DNA of 63,637 nucleotides, filler included, from Chiloscyllium plagiosum (Eukaryota), in the NCBI RefSeq assembly GCF_004010195.1. It is 6 parts of 6 records of this genome, joined end to end, with 100 filler letters (N's around TTAATTAATTAA, not from the genome) between each part and the next. Parts side by side here need not be neighbours in the genome. Positions count along the whole stretch, not along the records: positions 1 to 25,250 come from NC_057717.1; positions 25,351 to 56,994 come from NC_057721.1; 4 more parts are not named here. One strand, given 5' to 3'. Shown here piece after piece: positions 13,476 to 26,030 of the stretch. The notes under the pieces are model-generated. The model saw only the letters and a program-made list of their open reading frames with translations, did no database searches and had not been told where the DNA came from. Every line of letters begins with the position of its first letter. The stretch's first letter is position 1. A program made the position numbers and the translations under genes.

Positions 13476-13797
13476 TGAATCCAGCTCCCCACTGCTCTTG
13501 CACAGTAATAGATGGCGGTGTCTTCGATCTTCAGGTTTTTCATGTTCAACGCAAAAATGTTGCTTGAAATCTCTTTGGACGCAGTAAATCGGCCCATAAT
13601 CGCTGGTGCATAGTTTTTGTCGGATGAACTATAGTAGTACAGCAGCCATTCCAGGCCCTTGCTGGGAACTTGTCGGACCCAGTGCATGTAGTTGCTGCCA
13701 AGATTGAACCCGCTGATTTTACAGGTCAGTCGCAGACTGCCAGCGGGACGTCCAGTCTCTGCTTCTGGCTGAGTCAAAACAACCTCCGACTGGACAC
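13476..13797 (-). CDS. IgM-type VH exon already joined to D-like sequence (VD or VDD)
   Basis: Acceptor tttaaAG, then (C)[25 protein letters not shown]...WVRQ...GLEW...RFTASK...[10 protein letters not shown] and 20 extra nt (GCAGTGGGGAGCTGGATTCA, read as AVGSWI). Frame open; no 23-RSS after CAR. Confidence 0.93.
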
Positions 13798-13924
13798 CTT
13801 TAAAAAGAAAACAAATAAACATTGAGCAATAATGCTGATGAAATGATGGCTGAATATTTGACATTCCTGGGGTAGACGAACGTTGAGACAGTAACAAAGA
13901 AAGACTTGAACAAAAAACACTCAC

Positions 13925-13973
13925 ATGATAAGAAAGTCAGTAACAAACTGAGAAAAATTGTCGATACAATCAT
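13925..13973 (-). CDS. VH leader (signal peptide) exon
   Basis: ATG at 13973, [16 protein letters not shown], phase-1 donor T|GTGAGT. Splices in frame to the V exon across a 127-nt intron. Confidence 0.93.
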
Positions 13974-14060
13974 TCTGATAACTTTTGGGAAAAAATTCTG
14001 TCAAGATCTTTCTAAACAAAGCCGATCCAGGAGTGTTGAATTACGGTCCAGTGCCCAGGA

Positions 14061-14182
14061 TTTATATCGCCATCGGAAGGGGCAGGCTGACATCTTCCGC
14101 CTGTTGGTGTCCTGCTGGAGTCTGAGACCAGATTCTGGTATCAGCTTGCACAGCCCGAACAGATGGGCTCATGTATTTACAT
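14061..14182 (-). promoter_or_regulatory. VH promoter (TATA box, CRE-like motif, octamer variant)
   Basis: TATAAA at 14066-14061 (~90 nt upstream of ATG); TGACATC at ~14088-14094; ATGTAAAT (one mismatch to the octamer) at 14182-14175. Confidence 0.6.
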
Positions 14183-14369
14183 GAGGTAATGCTTAAACAT
14201 GGAGATATACACATCTTGGGATATTTGTTTTGCTGAATAGCTTCTTTGGAAGTATTTTTTTAATGGTGGAATTAAATTTTAGTAGCTTCAGGTCTGTTTC
14301 AAATGATAGTTGCAGGTATTTTGTTTAAAAAAAATACAAAACGAATTAAATTGGAATTTAGCTCCCTTT

Positions 14370-14790
14370 ATTTCTAAATTCATTCACAAGCAGATAAAAC
14401 TAAAATCAAAGTTCAAAGATATTACCAGCTAATAAAACAATTGAGCATTTTTTTCCTGGACACTGCAATTCTCTGTCGCACTACAAAATAACATGTAATT
14501 CATACTAAACATTTCGAAGATCAATTTAGGCAACTGAATACAAAGCGTGTCCAACGTGGTTATATTTAGAATATTCAATTAGAATTTAATTCTACATTCA
14601 ACCACAAGCAGATAAAGCTAAATAGAACTTCAATAATATTATTAGCCAACAAAATTAGTGGCGTTATTTTTACTGTCCCTCAAAGTCTCTCTGACATTAC
14701 AAAATAACATATCATTTCCAATTTGCGTTTCTGAATTCAATCTAGGCACCTAATATGAATCATGTCTGAAGTGATTATGTTCAGAATGTG
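14370..14790. repeat. ~218-bp diverged tandem duplication upstream of the VH promoter
   Basis: cacaagcagataaa...tacaaaataacat...taggca...attat.ttcagaat occurs at ~14385 and again at ~14603. Confidence 0.75.
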
Positions 14791-16980
14791 AGTGTATGTC
14801 ACGAAATAGTTTGGACCCTGAGATTAGAAGCAGAATGTCTCTCCTTGCATCTTTTTTTTTCGAATTGCTCCGACTCAAAGATGCATAGTAAAGGAAAACT
14901 GTTTGCCTGAGAAACAAAAAGTGAGTTGGCAGTGATATACAACACCCAGGTAACCTTTTGAAAGAGCATCTAATAAACTAGAACAAGCCAGTCCATAAGT
15001 TAAAGCAAAATCCTTAAAATCTAAACCAGGTAAGATTTTGCAGGTAACTGTCTGGGTACATCAGAGTGTTTAGTTATATTAGAGTATTACAATAATAATT
15101 ACCACGAATGTAGGTCATAAACAGTACATTTCTCTGATGACTGATAGCTCTGACAGGGACAGTTAACTCGTAACAATCAGCAAACATTCGTCGTTACATT
15201 ACACTAGTATTAACCATGAATAAAGGGCCCATTCAGTTTTAATGAGATGCATGAATCAGAGAATCGTGCATTAAGTGATGTAAGTTTGAACCAATTAGTG
15301 TTTGTTAATTTATTTTGAAACAATAACAAATGTTACTGCAATGTGGGATTTTGGATCAATTCATTTCATATTCTGAAGCTTTAAAGATACTGAATAAACA
15401 GTCTGAACTAACCAGAACTTCATTGCATTCAATTTCCTGTTTTCTCATAGTCAAACAGTGAATGCTGTATTCAGTGACTTTGCTTTTTAAACAAGAAATG
15501 CCAAGTGGAATGTGTCCATTGTGAGAAAATGGGAAAATATAGATTGTTTGGTAGAATCTTATTTTGGTTGATTCACTTTCTCTTTAATCTGCCAGATACA
15601 ATAGGTGACAGCAATTAAACTAACTGCAGAAAACGTCCTTGAGTTCCCAGTTTCATTTACTGGAAATATCTGGAGTTTCTGCAGTGGACCAAAGATATTT
15701 TGTCTCACTGTTGACCAGGTGATGGAAAGCCAATTGCAAACTATAACCACTGCTTCCGCAGAATCAAATCGACACAGCAACAATGCTGGTGAACATTTTC
15801 TTTCTCAGTTACGTACAATGGAGAACTCACCCCTCCTCTCATTGAAACAAGTATTCACAGAGACTCAGACACAATCTAAACATCAACAGTACATCAGAGG
15901 ATCGCTACAACACTGTTTAATATTGAGAAAAATTGATAAACAGTCGCAGAGTCATGGAGTGATACAGCATAGAAACAGATACTTTGGTCCATCCAGTCCA
16001 TGCCAGTCATTATCCCAAACTAAACTGATCCCACCTGTGTGTACTTGGCCCATATCCTTCCAAATATTCGATACTCATTTACTTATCCAAATACCTTTTG
16101 AAGGTTTTAACAGTACCCACCACGAACTCATCCCACACACAAACCATTCTCTGTGAAAAAAGTTGTCTCCGTTATCTTTTTTTTTACAGTTTTTCTCCTC
16201 TCATTATAAAAACATGTCACCTACTATTGAAATCCCCCAACATCAGGAAACTACGCCAATGTCTAAGTCAAACATTGAAAGCAATCCCAGCTCCAAACAT
16301 TTACAAAATATCACTATGGATCTTCCTTGAGTCCAAAAAAGATTGTCCCCTTTGATCAATGGTTTCAAAAATTTACTTGCGTATCTGTTGTGAAGGACGT
16401 TTTCAAACATTTCTGAAGTGCAAATTGTTCACATCAATCGGATTAAAGTAACACTTCGTGTGTTACCCCACACACAAAAAAAGCACATTTGTTAAAACGA
16501 TTTGCTCTGAGGAAGTCTACGATGGATTCATTTATCAAACTAAATCATTTCCAATGTTGTGAGGGCTCGTCTATCTTCTGTGCAATGGTCTAAATTTTAA
16601 GTTGTATCTGACTGCAGAAGAAACTGACTGATTTGAGTAAAAGTACAGTTTGTGTCTTTCACATTGTTAATATTTATTGCTGACTTTATTTGATTAAAGG
16701 GATATTGTGCCAGGCATCGTTTGGCACCATCATTTACACCATTAATTTCCACATCGCTGGTGTCACGTGGAGTGTATTTATATGTGATATTTTTGAAACG
16801 AAAGCTTCGAAAATTTCCGGAATGAATCATGTCAATTAGAGCTATTTGCCATTCCACTCATGTCTTTATAAAGTTACATGAGGTCACCACCCACCCCACC
16901 CCCCCCCCCCCGCACCCCGAACTCTCAACCTCCAGTGAAAAATGTTCCAGTCTATCTGGATTTCCAACATTGATTCTGTA
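14385..16980 (+). repeat. Left arm of a ~2.6-kb inverted segmental duplication
   Basis: cacaagcagataaaactaaaatcaaagttcaaagat (14385) is the reverse complement of the end of 25201-25250; tccagtgaaaaatgttccagtctatctggatttccaac (16931) is the reverse complement of ~22677-22714. Confidence 0.93.
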
Positions 16981-17069
16981 CTCTGTCAAACTTGACTTTA
17001 ATGTCAAAGGCTGTCACTCTCCCTTCATTTCTGGAATTCAGTTCTTTGTCCATGTTTACATCAAATCTG

Positions 17070-17680
17070 TAATTCAGTCATGAGCTGAGCTGGCCTTTCT
17101 AATCCACATTGTGCATCACCGAACAGGTTATTGCTGGGCCAGTGTTGCTTGATAGCACTGTCGATAATACCTTCCTACACCTAACTCATGATTGAGCATG
17201 GACTGATGGGGCACTAATTCATCAGAATGGTTCGTCCTATTTTCTGAGCACAGGACATGCCTGGCCTATTTTCCACGCTGTCGGGTCGATGCTAGTGTAG
17301 TAGCTGTACTGGGAGTGCTTGGCTGGCAGAAGTCAACAGTATTATTGCCAGAATTTTGTCAGGCTCTATAACATTTGCAGTAACGAGTGTCCTAACAATG
17401 TCTTGATATCACATGGAAAGAAGCAAATTCCCTGAAGACAGGTATCTGTAATATTGGTGATCATTGGAAAATGCCAAGATGGGTCATACAATTGGCACTT
17501 CATGCTAAAGATTTTTGTGAATGCTGCAGCCTTAATTTTTGCGCTGATGTGTTATGCTCTCCATCACGGAGTACGGGAATATCTGTGGAACCTATTCCTC
17601 GAATGAATTGTTTAATTAGCAACCATAATTCACGACATGATGTGAAAGCACTGCGGGCTGAGAACCGAGTTTCCTGAATT
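17070..17680 (-). mobile_element. Decayed LINE fragment (CR1/L2-like)
   Basis: Degenerate reverse-strand RT-region text typical of shark LINEs; no intact ORF. Confidence 0.5.
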
Positions 17681-19530
17681 AATAGTCTAACCATAATATC
17701 TGGAGACTATCGCTCACCCCTAACCCATCACATGATATGGATATGCACAACAAGAGATCGCTTACCATTTGTGTTTTGTAGGTTCCAACCGTGCATCGTA
17801 TATTTGCTTAAATTGTAAGTCTCGAAAATGCTTTCCTTCACAGACTTCAGGATATAATGTTCTGTTTTCAATTCATTCTTCTGTCCGACAGGCAAGTCAT
17901 ACTGTATTCCAAGGCTTTCCTCCTCATCAATTGCAAATCCAAACGCTTTTCACCTCATCTTTGACCTTACTGATCAAAATTGCTACGTTCTTGACTAGAT
18001 CATTCATATACACTGCACACAGCCAAGAATCCAGCACCAAATCTTATAATAAGCCACTGGACAAAAGATGTCTTCATAAAGATTACCTTCGACCATTACC
18101 CTCTACCTTCTGCCACCAAATAAACCTTCGATGCATTTGCCAAAGTGCAACAGATCCCATGAACTCTTACCTTATTGAAGATGCAATATCTTGTCAAACA
18201 CCTAATTGAAGTCAAGAAGCATTTCATCCAGTTTTTTAAACTCGGTGACACACCTCATTACATCTTCGGAAAACAGTATCAACCATGTCCGATATGATAT
18301 CACTTCACCAAAGCCATGCTGAATTTTATTGTTTGAATCTTACAATTCCAACTGTTAATGAATGCGGTCTCTTAGATTTATTTATTAACTTACCACAAGC
18401 TTTTTACTTCCAAACAAAAATTTATGAGCGAAACTATGTATTGTCATTTACCTCCTTTGGCCCGATGGTAACTCTTCGTATCTCTCTGACAGGTAATTTA
18501 TTATGACTTAAATAATCTTTTGACACTTCTTAATTCTGGAAGATGGGAATCGAATTGAATATAATTTTGAGGCCAACAATAATCTGTCTGTTTGTTCTTG
18601 ATACTGTCAGTGTGTATTCACCCTCAGGGGCAGGATGACTGTTTGTGCTAATAATACGGAATGTAGTGCCTGGTGCATCATTCTCAGCTGGCACACAACT
18701 TCCTGTTTGTATGTGCCAGCAGCAAGCCACACATCTCACTTCTCAGCAGACAATAAACTAAGGGGACACAATCTGGCGGAATCATCTGCCAATGTGGCCT
18801 ATATCAGGGCACAAAGTGTGAAACGATCGCATTGAAGTGACATTTGCAAATCGACCTTTCGATCTCTGTTTCACGGTCCGATTCCAGGACGTCATTGGAC
18901 CAGTCTCTCGAACATGTAACAAGCTCATTCGAATCACCAACGTCTGGAACACTTCGACTGCACCGATTCATCTCTTTGAGTAACTTCTTGTTATTCTCTC
19001 TTCAGATTTAATGTTCCCAGTTTTATATACTGTCTTCGGTATATATCACCTCCCCAGCTGAATACATTCTGGTTGATCTATTAATAGGTTTTAATCAACT
19101 AAACAAACAATAAAGTTTTGTACAGACAGGAATGTCGGTCTGTCAGATTGACAGAATCCATATCTGGAGAGATCACCTTGTCTGTGCCTAACGCTGACCG
19201 ACATTGAATTGAAATAAAGCGCAGCACTGTATAGCTTCAAACTTTGCAAATCCTCTTTGAAAGAGCTATTTCTAACGGCTAAGTATTTTCTCGATTCTTT
19301 CAGAAACTATGACTGAAAATGCCTATTTTTAACAGTGTTTCAAATATTATTAAAATTTGAGTCACTGGCATTTCCAACAGTGAGCTTTGTGGTGTTTAAC
19401 GTTGTGGTCAAAATTTGCTTCAAGCAGAAGACTGAAACATTGTTTTTTTCTGAGTTCCCAGCCATTGCACTTGCAGTTCCATAAAAACTGCAAGCTATTG
19501 ATAAGCCCCAGATTGAACCGAATGCTCAGG

Positions 19531-20682
19531 CCCTGTACACATCCAAACACCATGACGAAGGCCTTGAAGCCCTCAGTTTTTTCCTGTCACACCAACCCAA
19601 GCAGTACCCTGCCACTCACACTGTCACTCACTTGGCTGAACAGCTCAACCGTCGACACTTTTACTTCCAATCCTCTCATTACCTCCAAACCAAAGGGGTA
19701 ACCATGGGCACCCATATGGGCCCAAGCTATGTCTGCCTCTTTGTCGGATATGCGGAACAATCAATCTTCCACAGCTACACGGGTACCGTTGCCCACCTTT
19801 ACCTCCGCTACATTGATAACTGTATCAGCGCCATTTCATCTCGGAGTTTGAACAGTTCATCAACTTCACTAAAACCTTCCACCCTTACCTCAACTTCACA
19901 GGGACCATCTCGGACACCCCTTCCCTTTGCTACACCTCTCCATCTCCATCTCCAGTGACCGACTAAATAGTTACTACAAGCTGACTGACTCCCACAGCTA
20001 CTTGGACTACATCTCCTCCCACCCTACCTTCTGTAAAAAAGCCATCCCTTCTTCTCAATTCCTCTGCCTCCACCGCATCGGCTCCCAGGAGGACCAGTTC
20101 CACCACAGAACGTACTAGATAACCTCATTTTCCAAAGACTGCAATTTTCCCTCCCACCTGGTCGACAATGCCCTTGAAACCCACCCTTCCAATCGCAACA
20201 GGGAGCCCTCTTGGTCCTCACCTTCCACCGCACTGACCTTGCATATATCATATCATTCTCTGCCACTTCCACCACCTGCAAGCAGACCCCATCACTCGGT
20301 GTATATTTCCCTCCCTACCACTATCTCCATTCTGGAGACACCATTCCCTCCACGACTCCCTCGTCAGGTCTACGCCCGCCACCAGCCCACTCCCCACCCC
20401 TGTCACCTTCCCCTGCCACCGCACAAAGTGCAAAAGCTGCCCCCACACCTCCCTCTCACCTCCGTCAAGGCCCCAAATGATCCTTCCACATCCTACAGAA
20501 ATTTACCTATACTTCCACAAATGTCATCTACTGAGCCTGTACCACCAGATGTGGTGTCCTCTACATCAGGGAGACAGGATGCCAACTTGCGGATCATTTC
20601 AGAGAACATCTCTGAGACACCTGCGTCAACCAACCCACGGTCCCTTGTCTGGACACTTTAACTCCCTCTCCCACTCCATCAA
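19531..20682 (+). mobile_element. Penelope-like element remnant (RT + GIY-YIG endonuclease)
   Basis: GVTMGTHMGPSYVCLFVG...LRYIDNCI (RT motifs) and NVIY*...RCGVLYIRETG..LADHFREH (GIY-YIG); frameshifted. Confidence 0.88.
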
Positions 20683-21234
20683 TAACAGGCTGGTCATATT
20701 CTGTTCATTTCCAATGAATACATACAAGATAACTGATCCTGAATTTAAACGATATGAATAGGATTTATTTTGATCAAAGCAGGAACAGAGTATATTGACA
20801 AAACAGGTGGAGAGATTCACTTCCTGAAAAAGCAGCTCGAGTGATATAAGCTGACACCAAACCAGGTTTGGTCAAAACTGAGGCAAAATGCAGCATATAA
20901 TAGTTGTAGTCCTGAGTGAAATAAATAAAGAAACTATCTTAGCCCCGGAACAAGATAGGGTGTATTAAGTATAAACAAAGACACAATTATTTTAAATTGT
21001 AGTAGAAAAGTAATTTATAGTATATTGAAATGCAGCCAGAGGCGTGTATTTGTGTTTTTGCATTCTTCCTAGCAAAATTAATCATTTCATAAATGCCTTT
21101 GTTAAATGTCATGTATAACTCGTCGGTCCATTACACGAACTTTGCTAGGTCCTTGTTAAGTTCTGAACCATCGTCTTCCTGGTTCACAGTGGTTGCTAGT
21201 TTCATGTTACAGCAAATTGTGAAGTTATGTACTG

Positions 21235-21820
21235 TACGCCAATGTCTTAGTCAAACATTTAAAGCAATCACAGTTCAAAACATTTACAAAATATCACTAT
21301 GGATCTTCCTTGAGTCCAAAGAAAAAATGTCCCCTTAGATCAATGATTTCTAAAATTTGCTCACGTATCTGCTGTGAAGAATATTTTTCAAATAACTTGA
21401 AGTGCAAATGGTTCACATCAATCAGAATAAAGTAACATTTCGTATGTTACCACACACAAAACGAATCAAGCAACTTTGTTGACATGAGTTGCTTTGAGGA
21501 AGTCTACGATGGATTCTTTTATCAAACAAAATCATTTCTAATGTTGTGAGGGCTCATCTACCTTCTGTGCAATGGTCTGAATTTTGTGTCTGACTGCAGG
21601 TGAAACTGGGTAAAATTACAGTTTGTGCTTTTCACCTTGGTAATTTATAATGCTGCCTTTGGTTGAATAAAGGGACGTTGTCCCTATCATCATCTGTCAG
21701 CATTAATTAGACCATTAATATCAACATCGCTAGCCGGAGTATCAGGTGGTGTTTATTGATTTGTAATATCATTGAAATGAAGGCTTGGAATGTTTCCGGT
21801 ATAAACCATCTGAATTAGAT
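21235..21820 (+). repeat. Third, partial direct copy of VH 5'-flank sequence (16252-16840)
   Basis: tacgccaatgtct.agtcaaacatt...catttacaaaatatcactatggatcttccttgagtccaaa shared; similarity continues for ~590 bp. Confidence 0.88.
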
Positions 21821-22664
21821 CATCTTAATTAGAATAAAGTAGGAAAGATGAATTTAGAGTTGTAGAAAGTTTTCACGACACTTCGCTCATCGCACCGGTG
21901 CCACCTGAAAACAGACCCTTCCAGCCGACACCCACTTTATAGCATGTTGTCTGTAACCCTGCAGGTGATAGCACGTGAATCAAATATTCGGGATCATTAC
22001 GTAGGGTCTAATCCATTATCAACATAGATATGATCTCAAATGCTGTAAGTCCTGTTTATGGAGAAAAAGTAGGGGCAAAACTATATCAATATTCAAACAG
22101 TTGGTGCAGCCCTGAGGAGCAGATGGGCCCCATTTCTAAACATTGTTTCTCAAAACATGTTGACGATTCGTTACTTAACATCAATGTAAACTGACATGAA
22201 AAAATGCAGATAAGTTCCCCAGAAATGCTGACAGCAGCATTCGGCCAAGATCAGCAACATGAATTAAGCATGTTTTTTTTTTAATAAAAACACTTCTTTT
22301 AACTGATTATTGACAATACGGATTTCACAAAGTGCAAAGTACAGGTCGGGGAGGAGGGGCGGGGCGTGTGTGGATGGTGGACGATGTTCGCTGTTCCCTG
22401 ATGTCTACTTGCGTTTGTGAGCAACAGGTGAATCTGCGAACCAGATTCAGGATGGTGCTGCAGATATTTCAGCAGATACTGTGTACATGGCATTCTCCCA
22501 TATATCAGCAATAACATGAACATTTATTTTTGATGGGGTTTGAAGCCAAATAAGGTTGAACAATATGGTGGGACAACTTCCTTTCTTTTCCTTGAACTAG
22601 TATCAAGGGACGCTCTCTATGGACCTGGGGTGGCAGGAGGATCTTTAACAGCAGAATATGAGGG

Positions 22665-25250
22665 AACAGAGTCAACGTTGGAAATCCAGATAGACTGGAA
22701 CATTTTTCACTGGAGGTGAGAGATCGGGCGGTGACCTCATATAAGTTTATAAAGCCATGAGTAGAAAGTTGAATGGCTCTACTTGACATGATTCACACCG
22801 GAAATCTTTGAAGCATTCGTTTCAAAAATATCACATATCAATAAACTCCACCTGACATTCCAGCTAGCGATGTGGAAATTACTGGTGTAATTAATGGTGC
22901 CAGACGATGCCTGGGACAGCATCCCTTTATTCAACTAAAGTCAGCAATAAATATTGACAATGTAAAAGCACAAACTGTACTTGTACACAGATCAGTCAGT
23001 TTCATCTGCAGTCAAACACAAGTTAAAATTCAGACCATTGCACAGATGATAGACGAGCCCTCACAACATTGGAAATGATTTTGTTATATGAAAGAATCCA
23101 TCATAAACTTCCTTAGAGCAACTCGTGTCAACAAACTTGCTTGTTTTTTTTTTGTGTGGGGTAACACACGAAATGTTACTTTAATCCGATTGATGTGAAC
23201 AATTTGCACTTTAGAATTTATTTGAAAACGTCCTTCACAACAGATATGCAAGCAAATTTTAGAAATCATTGATCAAAGGGGACAATTTTTTTGGACTCAA
23301 GGAAGATCCACAGTGATATTTTGTAATGTTTGGAGCTGGGATTGTTTTCAATTTTTGACTGAGATATTGGCATTATTTCCCTATGGTGGGGGATTTCAAC
23401 AGTAGGGGGCATGTTTTTACAATGAGAGGAGAAAAAGTTTTGAAAAGATAACGGAGACAACTTTTTTTCACAGAGAATGATTTGTGTGTGGGATGATTTG
23501 GTGGTGGGTATTGTTACAACTGTTAGAAGACTTTTGGATAAGTAAACCAGTATCAAATGTTTGGAAGGATATGATCCAAGTACACACAGGTGGGATCAGT
23601 TAGTTTGGGATTATCACTGACATGGACTGGTTGGACCGAAGTGTCCGTTTCCATGCTGTATCACTCCATGAATCTGAGGCTATTTAACAATTTTCTCAAT
23701 ATTAAACAGTGCTGTAGTGATCCTCGAATGAACTGTTGATGTTTAGATTGTGTCTGAGACTCTGCGAATATTTCTTTCAATGAGAGGAAGGACGAGTTCT
23801 CCAAGGTACAAAACTGAAAAAGAAAATTTTCTCCAGCATTGTTCCTGTGTAGAATTGTTTCTGCGAAGGCAGTGGTTATGGTTCGCAGTTGGCTTTCCAC
23901 CAACTGGTCAATAGTGAGACAAAAATATCTTTAATCCACTGCAAAAATTCCAGATGCTTCCAGTAAATGAAACTGGGAACTCAAGGACCTTTTCTGCAGT
24001 CAGCTTAATTGCTGTCAACTATTGTATCTGGCACATTAAAGGGAAAATGAATCAACCAAGGTAAAATTCTTCCAAACAAACTATATTTGCCCGTTTACTC
24101 ACAATGGGCACATTTCACGTGGCATTTCTTCTTTAAAAAGGAAAGTCACTGAATACAGTATTAACTGTAAGACTATCAGAAAACAGGAAATTGAAGCAAT
24201 GACGTTCTGGTTAGTTCAGCCTGTCTATTGAGTATCTTTAAAGCTCCTGAATATGAAGTTAATGGATCCAAAATCCCACATTGCAGTAACATTTGTTATT
24301 TTTTCAAAATAAATTAACAAACTCGAATTGGTTCAAACTCACACCACTCGTTGCACCATCCTCTGATTCATGCATCTCATTAAAACTGAGAGGGCCATTT
24401 ATACATGGTTAATAATAGTGTAGTGTAACGGCGAGTTATTGCTGATTTTTACGAGTTATCTGCCACTGTCAGAGCCACCATGGAACAGAGTAATGTACTG
24501 TTTATAACCTACATTCGTGGTAATTATTATTGTAATACTATCTAAATTAAACAAACAGTCCTGATGTACAAGACAGTTACCGACAATGGTTTACATGTTG
24601 ATGATTTACTTTTAACTAATGGACTGGCCTGTTCCAATTCATTAGATGGTCTTTCAAAAGGTTACCTGGGTTTTTTGTATCATTGCCAAATCACTTTTTG
24701 GTTCTCAGGCACACAGCTTTCCTTTCGATGCATTTTAGGGTCGTAGCAATTAGAAAATAAAAGATGCAAGGAGAGACATTCTGCAATGTAAGGAGGTGCT
24801 TCTAATCTCAGGGTCCAAACTGTTTAGTGACATATACTCACATTCTGAACATGATCACTTCAGACATGCTCCATATTAGGTTGCCTAAATTGAATTTAGA
24901 AATGCTGATTGGAAATGAAATGTTAAATATCAGAGAGACTTTGAGGGACAGTAAAAATAAAGTCACTAACTTTGTTGGCTAACAGGATTATTGAAGTTCT
25001 TTTTAGCTTTATCTGCTTGTGGTTGAATGCAGAATTAAAGGGAGTTAACTTCTAATTGAATATTCTAAATATAATCACTTTGGACATGCTCTGTATTCAG
25101 TTGCCTAAGTTGAATTTCGAAATGTTTAGCATGAATTCCATGTTATTTTGTAGTGCGACAGAGAATTGCAGTGTCCAGGAAAAAAAAACTCAACTATTTA
25201 ATTAGCTGGTAAAATCTTTGAACTTTGATTTTAGTTTTATCTGCTTGTGG
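22665..25250 (-). repeat. Right arm of the inverted duplication, truncated by the contig end
   Basis: Reverse complement of 14385-16980. ORF translations mirror each other (MESQLQTITTASAE / MVESQLRTITTAFAE). Confidence 0.93.
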
Positions 25251-25350
25251 NNNNNNNNNNNNNNNNNNNNNNNNNNNNNNNNNNNNNNNNNNNNTTAATT
25301 AATTAANNNNNNNNNNNNNNNNNNNNNNNNNNNNNNNNNNNNNNNNNNNN
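25251..25350. other. Artificial contig linker N44-TTAATTAATTAA-N44
   Basis: Palindromic all-frame stop 12-mer at 25295-25306 centred in Ns; the identical structure occurs five times. Confidence 0.97.
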
Positions 25351-26030
25351 TGGGAGGAAACCAGAGCACCCAAAGGAAACCTGCTCAGACAGGGGGAGAA
25401 TGTGCAAACTCCACACAGACAGTTGCCTAAGGCGGGAATTGAACCCAGGTCTCTGGCACTGTGAGGCAGCAGTGCTTTCTACTGTGCCACCATGCCGCCC
25501 ACTAAGCAGTCAAAGTTGGCAAACCCATAACATATATGGTAATGAATAAAATGAATGTATTATTGGAAGGATGTGATTACAGTGGAAGGAGTGCAGTGGA
25601 GATTCACCAGGATTTTGCCTGAAGAGAGGCTTATAGGCCTGGGTTTGTTTTCTTTAGAGCAGGGAATGCTGAGGGAGACCTGATTGAGGTGGTGAAGGTT
25701 ATGAGGGGCTTGGACATGGTGGATAGGAAGCAGTCATTCCCCTCAGCTGAAGGGTCAATAACAACAGATTACAATTTAAAAGGGAAGGCAGGAGGTTTGA
25801 AGGGGATTTGAGGAAACATTTCTTTCACCCAGAGGATGGTGGGAATCTGGTATACACTGCATTGGTGGGGTATTCAATGGGAAATGTCACAACCTTTAAA
25901 AAGAACAGGATGGGCACTTGAAATGTTATAACATTCAAAGCTGGGAACCAAGTGCTGGAAAGTGGGAGTAGACAAGTTGACACAAGCTCAATAGGATGAA
26001 GGGCTTCTTCTGTTCTATATGACTGTATAG
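25351..26030. mobile_element. HE1-type SINE fragment (-) followed by a CR1 3' fragment (+)
   Basis: SINE head reverse complement ends at ~25502; CR1-like gagggagacctgattgagg...ttcacccagagg follows. Confidence 0.65.

Noticed and set aside
809-13924. IgW or IgNAR assignment of the heavy-chain cluster
   Set aside because: The leader, VH framework ([19 protein letters not shown]) and CH1 (GCLAMDY, TYTQSS) match recalled shark IgM better. The J-to-Cmu1 link does cross a 500-N gap.
15605-16156. 183-aa ORF in the duplicated flank
   Set aside because: Not kept open in the inverted copy and partly made of antisense CR1 sequence.
22340-22460. GC-box / E-box patch as a promoter in the inverted-repeat spacer
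   Set aside because: No recognisable downstream exon; the motifs are too short to support a call.
25295-25306. Recurrent palindrome TTAATTAATTAA as a biological motif
   Set aside because: Always centred in identical N blocks; a synthetic linker.
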